In this document: piece by piece, positions 27,903 through 38,545 of the stretch | Numbering within the stretch: position 1 is the first letter of the stretch | Layout: each line of letters starts with the position of its first letter | Assembly: GCA_050273025.1 (NCBI GenBank) | Contig: CP158635.1 | Coordinates: forward strand, 9,858,001-9,922,000 | DNA: 64,000 bases | DNA from: Cenococcum geophilum | Lineage: Eukaryota | Reading direction: 5' to 3' | The notes under the pieces: generated by a model | Told to the model about the DNA's origin: nothing | Databases searched by the model: none | Seen by the model: the letters and a program-made list of their open reading frames with translations, nothing else | Translations under genes and position numbers: made by a program

Positions 27903-28735
27903 GACCGTCGCCAGAACTAGACAACCGTCGCTAGAACTAGACGACCGTTGCTAGAACTAGATAACCGTCGCCAGAACTAAACGACTGTTGCTAAGACTAG
28001 ATAACTGTTGCTAGAACTAGATAATAACCGTTTAAATAACTAGCCAGCAAACACTACAAACGATTTAATTAATTGATTAATTGAATTAAACTAGAGCTTT
28101 AATATCGGCCCGTTACTAAATCGAATTAAGACTTCCTAGGGAGGCACCCTAGATAACTACCGTTTAAATGTACAGCTAGCGAACGGCTATAGAGAACGAT
28201 TCGAATTAATAAGAGCCTTTAATTAGGCCGACTCCTCCTCTAAATTAAACTAGACACTGACGCAGGCAGGCAGGCAGGTAGGTAGGCAGGTAGGTAGGTA
28301 GATAAATAAGTAGGTAGGCAGACAAGTAGGTAGGCAGGCAGGTAGGCAGGTAGGAGAGAACCGTTGCTAGAACTAGACGACCGTCGCCAGAACTAGACGA
28401 CCGTCGCCAGAACTAGATAACCGTCGCCAGAACCACGACCGTTGCCAGAACCAGACGACCGTCGCCAGAACTATGACCGTCGCCAGAACCAGACGACCGT
28501 CGCCAGAACTATGACCGTCGCCAGAACCAGACGACCGTCGCCAGAACTATGACCGTCGCCAGAACCAGACGACCGTCGCCAGAACTAGACGACCGTCGCC
28601 AGAACTAGACGACCGTTGCCAGAACTAGACGACCGTCGCCAGAACCAGATGACCGTCGCCAGAACTAGATGACCGTCGCTAGAACTAGACGACCGTCGCC
28701 AGAACTAGTAGACGATCGTTACTAGAACTAGACAA
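27903..28735. repeat. Two arrays of the 20/17-bp unit GACCGTCGCCAGAAC(T/C)AGAC (27903-28020 and ~28359-28735) separated by a unique block and a (GCAG/GTAG)n tract
   Basis: Directly visible tandem arrays. Confidence 0.9.
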
Positions 28736-28961
28736 CGACCGTTTAAACAACCAGCCAGCGAACACCACGAACGATTTAATTGATTAATTGAATTAATCTA
28801 GAGCCTATTACCGAATCGAATCGAATTAAGGCCTCCTAGGGAGGTACCCTAGATAACCACTGTTCGAATATATAGCCAGCGAACGGCCATGGAGAATGAT
28901 TCGAATTAATTAGAGCCTTTGATCGGGCCGACCTCTCCCCCGAATTAAATTAGATACTATA

Positions 28962-29340
28962 GGCAGATGTAAACAGGTAGGCGATATAGATAGGTAGACA
29001 ATGCAGATAGGTAAACGATATAGATAGGTAGGCGATGCAGATAGGTAGGCGATGTAGATAGGTAGGTGATGTAGGTAGGTAATGTAGATAGGTAGACAAT
29101 GTAGACTAGTAGACGATGCAGACAGGTAGGCGATATAGATAGGTAGACGATATAGATAGGTAGGCGATGCAGACAGGTAGGTAATATAGATAGGTAGGTA
29201 ATGTAGATAGGTAGATAATGCAGACAGGTAGATAATGTAGATAGGTAGGCGATATAGATAGGTAGGTAATACAGATAGGTAGGTAATGTAGATAGGTAGG
29301 TAATGTAGACAGGTAGACGATATAGATAGGTAGCAGATGT
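28962..29340. repeat. 17-bp minisatellite (GATGCAGATAGGTAGGC-like) in element G
   Basis: Directly visible tandem array. Confidence 0.9.
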
Positions 29341-31123
29341 AAATATAATAGATTATATAAAGAAGTGTATATAATTTATCTTAATAGCTTTATAAACGGC
29401 TTTAAAGTAGCCTTTATTATCTAAAATTATAAGTTATATAGGTTGCGCAGGTTACGTAGGTTGCGTAGGTTACGTAGGCTATGCGCAGGCTACGCGCAGG
29501 CTGCGTGTCAAATGAACTCAATATAGGCTGGTTTGTCAAGTTGGTTAATGCCCTTAATGGCCCACTAACGACGCCAACTTCTAGCAGCTAAGGTCATTTA
29601 CAAGGGACAATATTTTGCCGATAAAGTACACGCCTACCCATTTCCACTATAAAGATATTAGTTCCGCTTACCGCCCTTAGTTAAGCCAATAGCGATTTTC
29701 TATACTAGGTATAGAAAATCCTAATTAGTCCGCTTAACAATAGAGCTAGCAGAATTCTACACCGCCACCCCATAGGATTCTACCATATTCTACCTACTCG
29801 TCTTCCTCTACTATATTCTGCCTACCCGTCTTCCTATATTTACTATTAAGGGTAAATGTCTACTACTATATAGAGCTCTCTATAGACTTTAACGATTGCC
29901 ACGTCTTTAGCATAATAACTTTAGTAATTAGCTTGTTAAATTAGGGTTAAAGCCCGTTAATAGTAAGCCGTGTCTCTACTATAATAACTCACTAATTATA
30001 TTCTTCTATATAGACGATATCTGCGTCTCCTTTACTAGAGAAAATTAATTAGAGCTCTAAAGCTTTAAGGAAGCACTAATAAAGAAGTATAAGATAAAGG
30101 ACCTAGGTGAACTATCCTAGTTTTTAGGAATTTAAGTCTTAAGAAATAGGAGTTAGAGGAAGCTATAGCTCTATTAAGACTTCTATATTAAGAAGATTAC
30201 TAATATATTTTACCTAACTAATATACGCTTAGTTAGTACACCTATAAGCACTAATAAGCTCCTACCTAACCCGGAGAAAGCTTTAAAGTAGGAGATCTAC
30301 GTCTACTAAAGGATAGTTAGATTACTACTCTACGCAACCTATATTATAAGACTTAATATAGCTAGAGCTTTAGGCAAGCTATCGGAGTTCCTATAAAACC
30401 TCTTACCTCTATATAACGCCGCGGCCCGTTAAGTAATTATATACCTTTATTAAACGAGGACTCTCGCCATTAAATACTTAGGAGAGAATTTAGGAAGTTA
30501 AGCCTTTACGGGGGCAAGTAACGCGGTATTTAGAGACAATTTAATAAGCAGACGCAGTATGGAAGGATATTTGTTCACCCTATTTAGAGGAGCAATTAAT
30601 TAGCGCTCTACTAAGCAGATATTTATAACGAAGTTAAGTACGGAGGTAGAGCTTACGGCTCTATTTTATATAGAAACGGAGTTAATCTAGTAGAGTCGCT
30701 TCTTTAAGGAAATTAAATTATCCTTAGATAAGGAACAAACAATTAGCTATAATAATTTATAGACAATTAGACTGCTTATAAAGGACGGATAAGAGCTCTC
30801 TATAAAGCTTTAATACGTTAATATATACTATTACTAGCTTTACTAAGAAGTATATAATAGCCGAATTAAAATTAATTAGACGCCTATAGCTGCTATAGTC
30901 GCAGACAGCTTAACAAAGGCCCTACTACGTTAGAAGTATAAGGCGTTTATTTAACAGTTAAATCTTATTAATATTAAGGATCTAATTTAATTTAATTTAA
31001 ATAATATTAGGCAAGGTAACTATAGAGGATTTCCTTTAAAACTTAACACCAAATTACCTATTGTAACTTTTCGTTCTATTTTCTATCCAGCTGCTTAGTC
31101 AAGACTGAGCAGCTAGGGGGGTA

Positions 31124-31349
31124 TGTCAACCGTTGAGGTCACTCTCAGGTACTACCTTAAGACTCACCACCCTGTTCTCGTATATCTTACTACTGTCTCG
31201 GTCAGCGACTCGGTCAACGACTTGGTTAACGACTTAGTCTCCGACACGGTAACCAAATTAGTCTACTACCCTTTTTCTTATGTATTTATAGAGGCTCTAA
31301 AGCCACATTCAATAGACAGAGTTCTTCTTAGTGACTTGTCCGTCCGACA
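31124..31349 (+). repeat. Probable 3' LTR of host Copia D (right end uncertain: 31349 or ~31404)
   Basis: TGTCAA follows directly after PPT AGGGGGGTA; candidate end is CCGACA. The partner LTR is outside the window. Confidence 0.6.
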
Positions 31350-34256
31350 CCTACGTTCGAGCTAGGCCACTATAGCTTGAAATTTCTCCGTACCTACGTT
31401 ACTAGGGGCAGCACAGGATAGATTTATGCGAAAATACCTTCTTTAATCGCATAAAGCCGGGTTTTCGTTACCTAAGATAGATAAGCCCGACTTAGCTAGT
31501 ACTTAAGCGCTAAGGGTAGCGGCCCTAGAGGGCTAAGCAAATATATACTAATCTATACTAAGCAGAGGACGGTAAAGACATAATTACGTTAGCGTTAACT
31601 AAGTTGCTGCCTGCGAGCTAATCCTTTCTCTTTACTATATTATATACGCTACCTATTCTAAGTTAAATTAGCAAGAACCTCTAAGGGGCCTACTATTATA
31701 GGCCCAACATTGTCTAATCTAGGCCCCCTATCTTTTAGAAAAACTTATTTATAGGAACTAATCTCGCCAGACTATAACTACACGAAGCTACTTAGCTCGG
31801 CTAACCTATAACGGAACTTATATAAACCTATATTGTGCTTAACTAGTTATATAACCTTTATCTCCGTAAGATAAGGTTACATAGATCTGCATAGCCAGTA
31901 ATGGCGAGCCTAACTTTAGCCCTTGTTGCCGTAGTAAAGCTTTAGCTTATATGGTACGATCTTTCTTCTACTTATAAGGATATTTCGTAAAACCCATGTC
32001 CAGTCGGCTAAGATTCCTTTAGACTGGGCCGTGATTAGCCCCCTTAACCTTAACGTAGCTTTTTACCATTAGAGCCTAATCGGCCTATTTCTTTATTGTG
32101 CTGTATAGGCCAGGGGGTTACAATGCCTCTCGAGAAGCCTTGTTCCGGCCAGCACCCAGTACTAAACTTAGATCGATATCGTTTAATCTAGCTTCCTTAC
32201 TATAACCTACACCAGAGGATAATACAAGAGCTTAGGGCGTAAAAGAGGCCGCGAATCTAGTATGCGTGTTATAAGATCCGCTTTTTTAAGCAGGTAATAG
32301 GCAAACATCGTAACATTCGTTAGCTAAAAGTATAGGAAAATATAATTAGATTATAAAGAACGTAGGAAGATATATACCTTAGTAAGGAACAAAGCTTACT
32401 ACGCTGCAAGGCGCGTCTTGCTATAATGCAATAATAAATTATATAAAGTAGTCTTCTTCTTAAAGTGTACTGCTGTTCTAGCCAGGAGACTAATCCGAGG
32501 TAGAACTCCGCTGGTAACTGCAGCCGAGGTAGGGGCCAAAAACGGGACCATTTGGGGGCTGCACAGGGGGGCCAGAAACGGCTACCCTCCTTGCACAGGC
32601 ACGCTCAGCCTTAGTTCAGGCTTCTTCTCCCTCAGCTCAGGTAAAAGCAGCAGCTGTTCAGGTTGGCAACCGTAACTGGAACTGGGAGAAAAGAATCTTA
32701 TGTTCGACTATGCAGGTAAGATTTCTTTAAAACTACATACCTGCTAGCTAGATGGCTCTAGTCTTCCCTCAGGTTCTCGTAATGTTATTCAAGATCTCGG
32801 GGACAGGGTTGCCAATCCATTGCGCATTGGTGCCAATTCCATTGGATGAAAATAAGATTATCATGTTATTTCTATGCCATTGGCTCTTGTTCTAGATACC
32901 CCTTGGGCCCTGGCCTACTGTTTGAATGGATCCAGCGCTGCCTTGATCGCATACTCACCAGCAACTATAATAATTTATCGCCTTAGTTCAAGGCACCGCT
33001 GAACGTTTAGCTCGGCCTCCTCATACTACACATGTCCTCTAGTGTTGTCCTCAAAATATCATTCTGTAGCGCCTCACTTCCGCGGAAGAGGCACAAAGAG
33101 GCAAGAATTGCATGTGATAATGCAACCTTATACCGCGGTGAACTGAAAGGGTTGGGAACAGGGCCATGAGGCGATGATTGTTGAAAAGACGTTAATACGC
33201 ATTCCGCGTTCCGGATGGCTGATTCTGCCTGCAGGAAGCTGGTCAGCCGTACCTGCAGCGCTATTCACGGTGACTCGGATAGCTCAGATGGCTCATGGCT
33301 CAGATGGGGGCCATAGGAAAGACTAGGATCAATGCCGGTGTCCAATTCCGTAATGATTCAGCCGTTGCCTTCTTAGCACCATAAGAACACGAAGCTAAGA
33401 CCTGTGACGCATATGAAATGAGGCAGGTGGGAATGATAACATGAGTAGGCAGAAGGTTCTATTCCAAGTTGTCGCCAGCTGGCTTGCGTCTCTGCACGCA
33501 GCGACAAGGTACATCGCTGCAGAAGTCTAGGCTTCCTCAGCTGAATACGAAAAAGCCCTGATCAAAAGGATGTGGATTTAATTTAACATGACTACTCTCT
33601 ATTTGGACTTGTGCTAAATGGAGAAGCTAGGCAGGGAATAGTAGAGACTAGGCAAAGACGAAGATACCATACGAAAGAGAAATTTAAAAAGCATGGTAGA
33701 CGCACGACTGCCGAGGAATGCGAACGGCTTGTGAGGCATTCAGCTCGGCTTGCCGAGAATAATAGTAAAAGAAGACACATACAGGTAGTTTCGAATATTC
33801 TAGTTGCCTTCTTCTTGAGCACAGACGATGTTCCTACGCATGTTGCAAGGCTGTCTTTCCCTACAAGGCACTCCAGACCTGGTCCGTGCGGCTGGGGAGT
33901 GGGTAGGCATCAGTTTCGAAGCTTTCGCCTTTTCAGTTGCTTGTCGAGTGTTAGTAAGGTCACTTCCTGAGGCTGACAATATATGGCAGAAATTGTGGAT
34001 GTGTAGCAGAAGAGTACTGGTGAAGATGGAGTGTGACGGTTACGGGTTATTGTGTCGTGGTGTTTAGGTTTGTACTTGTCTTCTGTCATCTTTTTCATCC
34101 CGCGGGCGGGCTAGCGCTTCCGACTTCGCCAAGCCTGAAGCTTCCCCGTGCTTCTCAGAAATTGTCTCGCAACTGGACTCACCAGATCTTCCTTACGCCC
34201 GACCATTGTATTCAGTTCAGCCCAAACTTCATCTCCACTCTCTCAGCTCCATCACA

Positions 34257-35598
34257 ATGTTTTCAGCACGTCAGATATTTGGTGCCGTTCAGCGGCGATC
34301 CTTCTCCGCCTCGTCTAGACAGGTACGCCGGGCTTGGCATTAGTGTTGCTTTTGCAACACCCTCGGGTTTCTCAATGGATTGAATATGTTGGAATTGATG
34401 CTAACTAGAGGGTTTATAGGCATCTAAGGTAACTGTGTTGGGTGCTGCTGGAGGCATTGGCCAGCCATTGTCACTTCTGTTGAAGCTCAACCCCAGAGTC
34501 AGCCAGCTCGCCCTCTACGATATTCGTTTAGCTCCCGGTACATACTCCATTCCGCCGACCTATAATAAAATGCCGGGCTGACAATTGGGTCTTCTAGGCG
34601 TTGCTGCGGATATCAGTCACATCAACACCAAGAGCGAGGTATGATTTGTTGGGATGTTTGTAAAGAAGAGTTTGTGCTGATATACAAAAGGTTAGAGGAT
34701 ATGATCCAACACCATCAGCTCTCGCCGAGTGTCTCTCTGGTAGTGAAATTGTCCTGATCCCTGCTGGTGTGCCTCGTAAGCCAGGCATGACCCGTGATGG
34801 TGAGCACTATACCAATTTCTACGACAGCAACTTCTAATGTCAATCTTAGATCTCTTCAAGACAAACGCCTCAATTGTCCGAGATTTGGCCAAAGCGGCCG
34901 CGGATCATGCTCCAGAAGCCAACATCCTCATCATCGCCAACCCGGTATGTCCTTGACAGCGCATTGATACTTCTATCAACCATCCATAAAACTTATAAAA
35001 ATTATAGGTCAACTCCACCGTCCCGATCACTGCCGAGGTCTTCAAGTCTAAGGGCGTCTATAATCCCAAGCGTCTCTTCGGTGTCACCACGCTCGATGTT
35101 GTTCGTGCGTCCCGCTTCATTTCGCAGATCAAGGGCACCGATCCCGCCAACGAGAACATCACCGTCGTCGGTGGTCACTCCGGTGCTACGATTGTTCCTC
35201 TCCTCTCGCAGTCCGGCTACGACCTCAAAGGCGAGCAGCTAGACGAGTACGTGCGCCGTGTGCAATTCGGTGGTGACGAGGTCGTGCAAGCTAAAGGCGG
35301 TGCCGGCTCGGCAACGCTTTCCATGGCCATGGCCGGTGCTCGTTTCGCCGAGAGCCTGCTCAAGGCTGCTCAGGGCCAAAAGAACGTCATTGAGCCGACA
35401 TTCGTTGACTCACCGCTATACAAAGACCAGGGCTGCGATTTCTTCGCCTCCAACGTCGAGCTCGGCCCTAACGGCGTTGAGAAGATCCATCCGGTTGGCA
35501 AGATCACAAATTACGAGCAGAAGCTACTCGATGTGTGCTTGGGCGACCTAAGCAAGAACATCACCAAGGGTGTCGAATTCGCCAAGGAGAACCCGTAA
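34257..35598 (+). CDS. MDH1: Mitochondrial NAD-dependent malate dehydrogenase (339 aa, 6 exons)
   Basis: Exons 34257-34322, 34420-34537, 34598-34638, 34691-34799, 34850-34944 and 35008-35598, with GT-AG introns. Presequence [22 protein letters not shown]; motifs [40 protein letters not shown] and [10 protein letters not shown]. Confidence 0.97.
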
Positions 35599-36811
35599 AT
35601 GTTGAGATGGGACTGAGGATGGTGATGAGGGGACCACGGTTTTACGCAGTTGGTGACGACCGGGGGGGTTGAGGGACGGCGCAGTTTGCTTCCAGCACTT
35701 GTAATATGGGAACTGGACTGGACTGGAACTGGAGCTGGGGTCTCTACATAAAGCGTTGGAGTCGATTCGTTGATTGCATGTAGATTTTTGCGATTGTATC
35801 GTATAACCTGATCCTCCTCTCTGAACTCTGTCGCCATGCCTTTAGTTGTGCATACTCCAAAAATCCCTTCTACGGAGAACAATATGCTAGAATGAGGTTG
35901 TGATTCTCATCCATGATTCTGCAATTACAACTTTCATTATCACGGGCTGTCACGTGGTGGGGCCGATATTCGGGACAAGTCGGCTCAGCGCACATGCAAA
36001 CCCACGTCCCGGCAATAACCCACCCTTAGCTAACAAATATTCAGCCACAACTATTTTTGATATCCAGGGCGTAATGGGCTTTATCTCAGCACCCGCTTAC
36101 CGCTTAAATAGCAAGATTATCGCAGACATGGTGCTTTTAGAAATGGTGCTTTCAGAAATGGTGCTTTCGGAAATGGCGAGCTGCAGCAAAGGATTCGCTT
36201 GCTTACCTCCGAGCTTAACACCGGGGTACGTATATCAAGCCGTTCAGCAAGGGCAGTATATAGACACGTCGCTAGCTCTGAGCTCAGAAATCCTCCGCTG
36301 CCAATATCTCATTTACGCCCTCACGTCGCCCTCTCCGCTTACCTTTTCCGTTCAACTGCATTTTACCCGCCTAGGCACTTCCCTAGTTAGAGAAGGCGAG
36401 TGCCTGAGGCCACCGCTACATGCGGTTGTTGCTGCATTGACTCAAGCGCTGGCATTAGAAGGATCAGGATCGGGACCGGGATCAGGACCAGGATCAGGGT
36501 TAATACAGTGTTGGCGTTCTGCCGGCCTTGAACTACTACAACTGCTGTAAGAAGGCAAAGAGACGCAAAACACCGCATAAAGTTAGACGGCAGAAAGGAC
36601 GCGGAGTTCCGCTAAGGCAAGCAGAAGCCGTAAGGGACGCACGCGCGGGGACGCAAAAAAGCCAGCTTTGCAAACGGCGCCTCGAAAACTCCTCCGCCTG
36701 GACACCTTCTCTGCATATCCGCTTTTAGAACTATCAGCTTTGTGATTGACCACGTAATCTAGACCAAGCCTACTCGCCGCACGCACCGCAAGCACCGCAC
36801 GCACGCACGCC

Positions 36812-37756
36812 ATGCCAGCTGATCCAGAGCACGACCTTCTGCTGGTCACCTGCGCCAGCGGCAAGCAAGCCTCGCGCCTGCTGCCGCTCCTCGCCGGGCG
36901 CTGGAAGCGGCTGCGCCTGGTGGTGCACAGCGCGGCGTCGCGCGCGCAGCTTGCGGCGCAGCACCCGGGCGCGAGCGTCGTGCAGGCAGACCTCTACGAC
37001 GGGCGCGACGTGGCGGCGCTGCTGGACGGCGTGGCGGTCGTGCTGCACATCGGGCCCACCTACCACCCGCACGAGACGGAGATCGGGTATCTGATGGTCG
37101 ACGCGGCGGTGCGGGAGGCGCGGAGGGGTGCGTTTAAGCATTTTGTCCTGAGCTCGGTGCTGAATTCGCAGCTGCGCAAGATGATGAACCATGACTGCAA
37201 GCGGTATATCGAGGAGTACGTCATGGAGTCCGGCCTGCCGTACACGATCCTGCAGCCGACGACCTTCATGGACAACCTCCCGCTGCCGCTGCTGTGGCGG
37301 CAGGCGAGGGACGGCGAGGATCCCGTGTTTCGCGCCATGTGGAGTACGGATGTGCCGTTTTCGTTCGTCGCGCTGCACGATGTTGCGGAGGCCATGCGGG
37401 CGGTGCTAGAGGAGCGCGAGAAGCACTTCTATGCACAGTACCCGCTCGTGTCGACCGCGGCGCCGCTGACATTCGAGCAGGCCATGCGCATTGTAGGCGA
37501 GAGGCTCGGAAGGGAGGTCAAGCTTGAGAGGCTCGGGTTTGAGGACGCTGTCAGGGCGACGTTGCTCAGGTTGAAGGGCACTGAGGAGGTGGACCTGCGG
37601 ACCAGAGATACGGCACAGAGGATGCTGTTGTTTTATAACTATAGGGGCTTAATTGGGAACCCGAATGTGCTGAATTGGTTGATTGAGAGGAAGCCGCTAA
37701 GTTATGCGGACTGGGCTGATATGCGGGTGAAGGAGGAAGAGAGTAAGGAGAGTTAA
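36812..37756 (+). CDS. NmrA-like NAD(P)-binding (atypical SDR) protein, 314 aa, intronless
   Basis: N-terminal Rossmann strand LLLVTCASGKQA, plus KHFVLSSV, HDCKRYIEEY and GLPYTILQPTTFMDN...FVALHDVAEA, all typical of the NmrA-like family. Confidence 0.85.
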   Translation: MPADPEHDLLLVTCASGKQASRLLPLLAGRWKRLRLVVHSAASRAQLAAQHPGASVVQADLYDGRDVAALLDGVAVVLHIGPTYHPHETEIGYLMVDAAVREARRGAFKHFVLSSVLNSQLRKMMNHDCKRYIEEYVMESGLPYTILQPTTFMDNLPLPLLWRQARDGEDPVFRAMWSTDVPFSFVALHDVAEAMRAVLEEREKHFYAQYPLVSTAAPLTFEQAMRIVGERLGREVKLERLGFEDAVRATLLRLKGTEEVDLRTRDTAQRMLLFYNYRGLIGNPNVLNWLIERKPLSYADWADMRVKEEESKES

Positions 37757-38545
37757 GGGAATTCTCGGATGTTAGGAAGAGACATCATCCATCTAAGGGA
37801 GAATCGAGCCGCGATCCGTTGAGCCGTTACTATTATATACGTACCTTCACACTTGTGGTCAACGCTGGAAAGGCTTTAGGATGGGATATTTGGTGAAACC
37901 TATATAGTCATCTTAAGTAGCCAACATGCCCTTCAAAGCTTTTGTTGTAATTTTTTTTTGCCATACTAAAGTGACTGTAGCCATTCAGGAAAGCTGAGCT
38001 CTAGCAACCAGATGGCAATATTTAAACCGTCTACCTCTCGGATGTGGCGAGGTCTATTGCATGATACCTGGTGAATTGGTGGTGGCGTTCGGTGTGATGC
38101 GGAATGCGGTGGATGAGAGAGGACGAGGTTGAGCTAGTCTGTGCTCTAGATCTAACGATCACCAATGGCTTGTGCCAAGATCCGGGGAAAAGGGTCCCAT
38201 CTTATACAATGATCAGAGAAACAGCTGAATAAATAATGACTCAGGCTAGCGTTGGTATAGCAGAAGCTGCAATCGTATATAGAGGTACATGGCCGGCTCA
38301 GCGGCAATAGCAATGGTAGTTGGTGTTGCGGCCCAGGCGGTGGTGCCCCTCGTGCAGTAAGAAGATTTCCGCTTCCCGCGGACCGAGGTTCATCTTCAGC
38401 AGCAACAATCCCAGCAGCAATCCCAGCAACTTTAATGGCCACCAGGCGTCACCTATTGATCAAAACATCATCAGCCCCACTGACTTTTTGTTTCTTCTTC
38501 CCCTAAGACTTTCTCTTCACAACTGTCCTCCAAAAAGACTGAGGC

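Larger units (their letters stand above)
27228..29623. mobile_element. Element G: 2396-bp non-autonomous TIR element made of tandem arrays, 2-bp TSD (AA)
   Basis: TIRs are TATCGGGAAAATATT (27228-27242) and AATATTTTGCCGATA (29609-29623), a 14/15 match. The empty site in the sister LTR (GGTTCTAAGTAT, 21549-21560) shows duplication of AA. Internal arrays have periods of ~40, 12/15, 20/17, 4, 17 and 9 bp. No transposase is visible. Confidence 0.85.
21479..29838 (-). mobile_element. Element C: RIP-inactivated GalEa-type Copia of the same internal family as A, TSD TTTAC, with its 5' LTR split by element G
   Basis: The internal region 21770-27149 is the reverse complement of element A's internal region. 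The 3' LTR is 21479-21769 (291 bp). The 5' LTR is 27150-27227 plus 29626-29838 (291 bp once G is removed). TTTAC occurs at 21474-21478 and 29839-29843. Confidence 0.92.
5708..31349 (+). mobile_element. Element D: host Ty1/Copia retrotransposon split by nested insertions (own sequence 5708-5827, 11723-13571, 29844-~31349)
   Basis: Pre-integrase LWHxRLGHVGS (~5795-5827) reads on in frame at 11723. Integrase and RT N-terminus (WVFTYK...KA) lie in 11.8-13.5 kb. RT reads across the B/C insertion as ...RFT|IKGKCLLLxRALYxL. FFYIDDI is at 30001 and RNase H VADSLTKA at ~30900. A G-rich PPT at ~31115-31121 precedes the 3' LTR starting 31124. Confidence 0.88.
1..32470. other. AT-rich, RIP-mutated repeat compartment (nested transposon island)
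   Basis: Strong TpA excess with CpA/TpG depletion while many CpG survive. TGG, CAG and CAA codons in recognisable TE domains are converted to TAG/TAA. Composition reverts to ordinary genic DNA at about 32.5 kb (boundary approximate). Confidence 0.95.

Noticed and set aside
27903..28735. CRISPR-like appearance of the GACCGTCGCCAGAAC repeats
   Set aside because: The units are head-to-tail with no unique spacers, there are no cas genes, and the context is a eukaryotic transposon.
27225..29624. Reading element G as PIF/Harbinger with a TAA TSD
   Set aside because: A TAA duplication does not reconstruct the empty site seen in the sister LTR (one extra A) and breaks TIR symmetry; AA fits exactly.
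1845..31365. Short ORF-track entries in the AT-rich block (e.g. 1845, 5313, 14265, 17394, 24083, 31123)
   Set aside because: They are stop-bounded fragments of RIPed gag/pol or chance ORFs in LTRs, not independent genes.
35900..36550. 216-codon ORF between MDH1 and the NmrA-like gene
   Set aside because: It begins at GTG, has no recognisable domain, and its length is partly due to 15-bp and 12-bp tandem repeats; probably intergenic.
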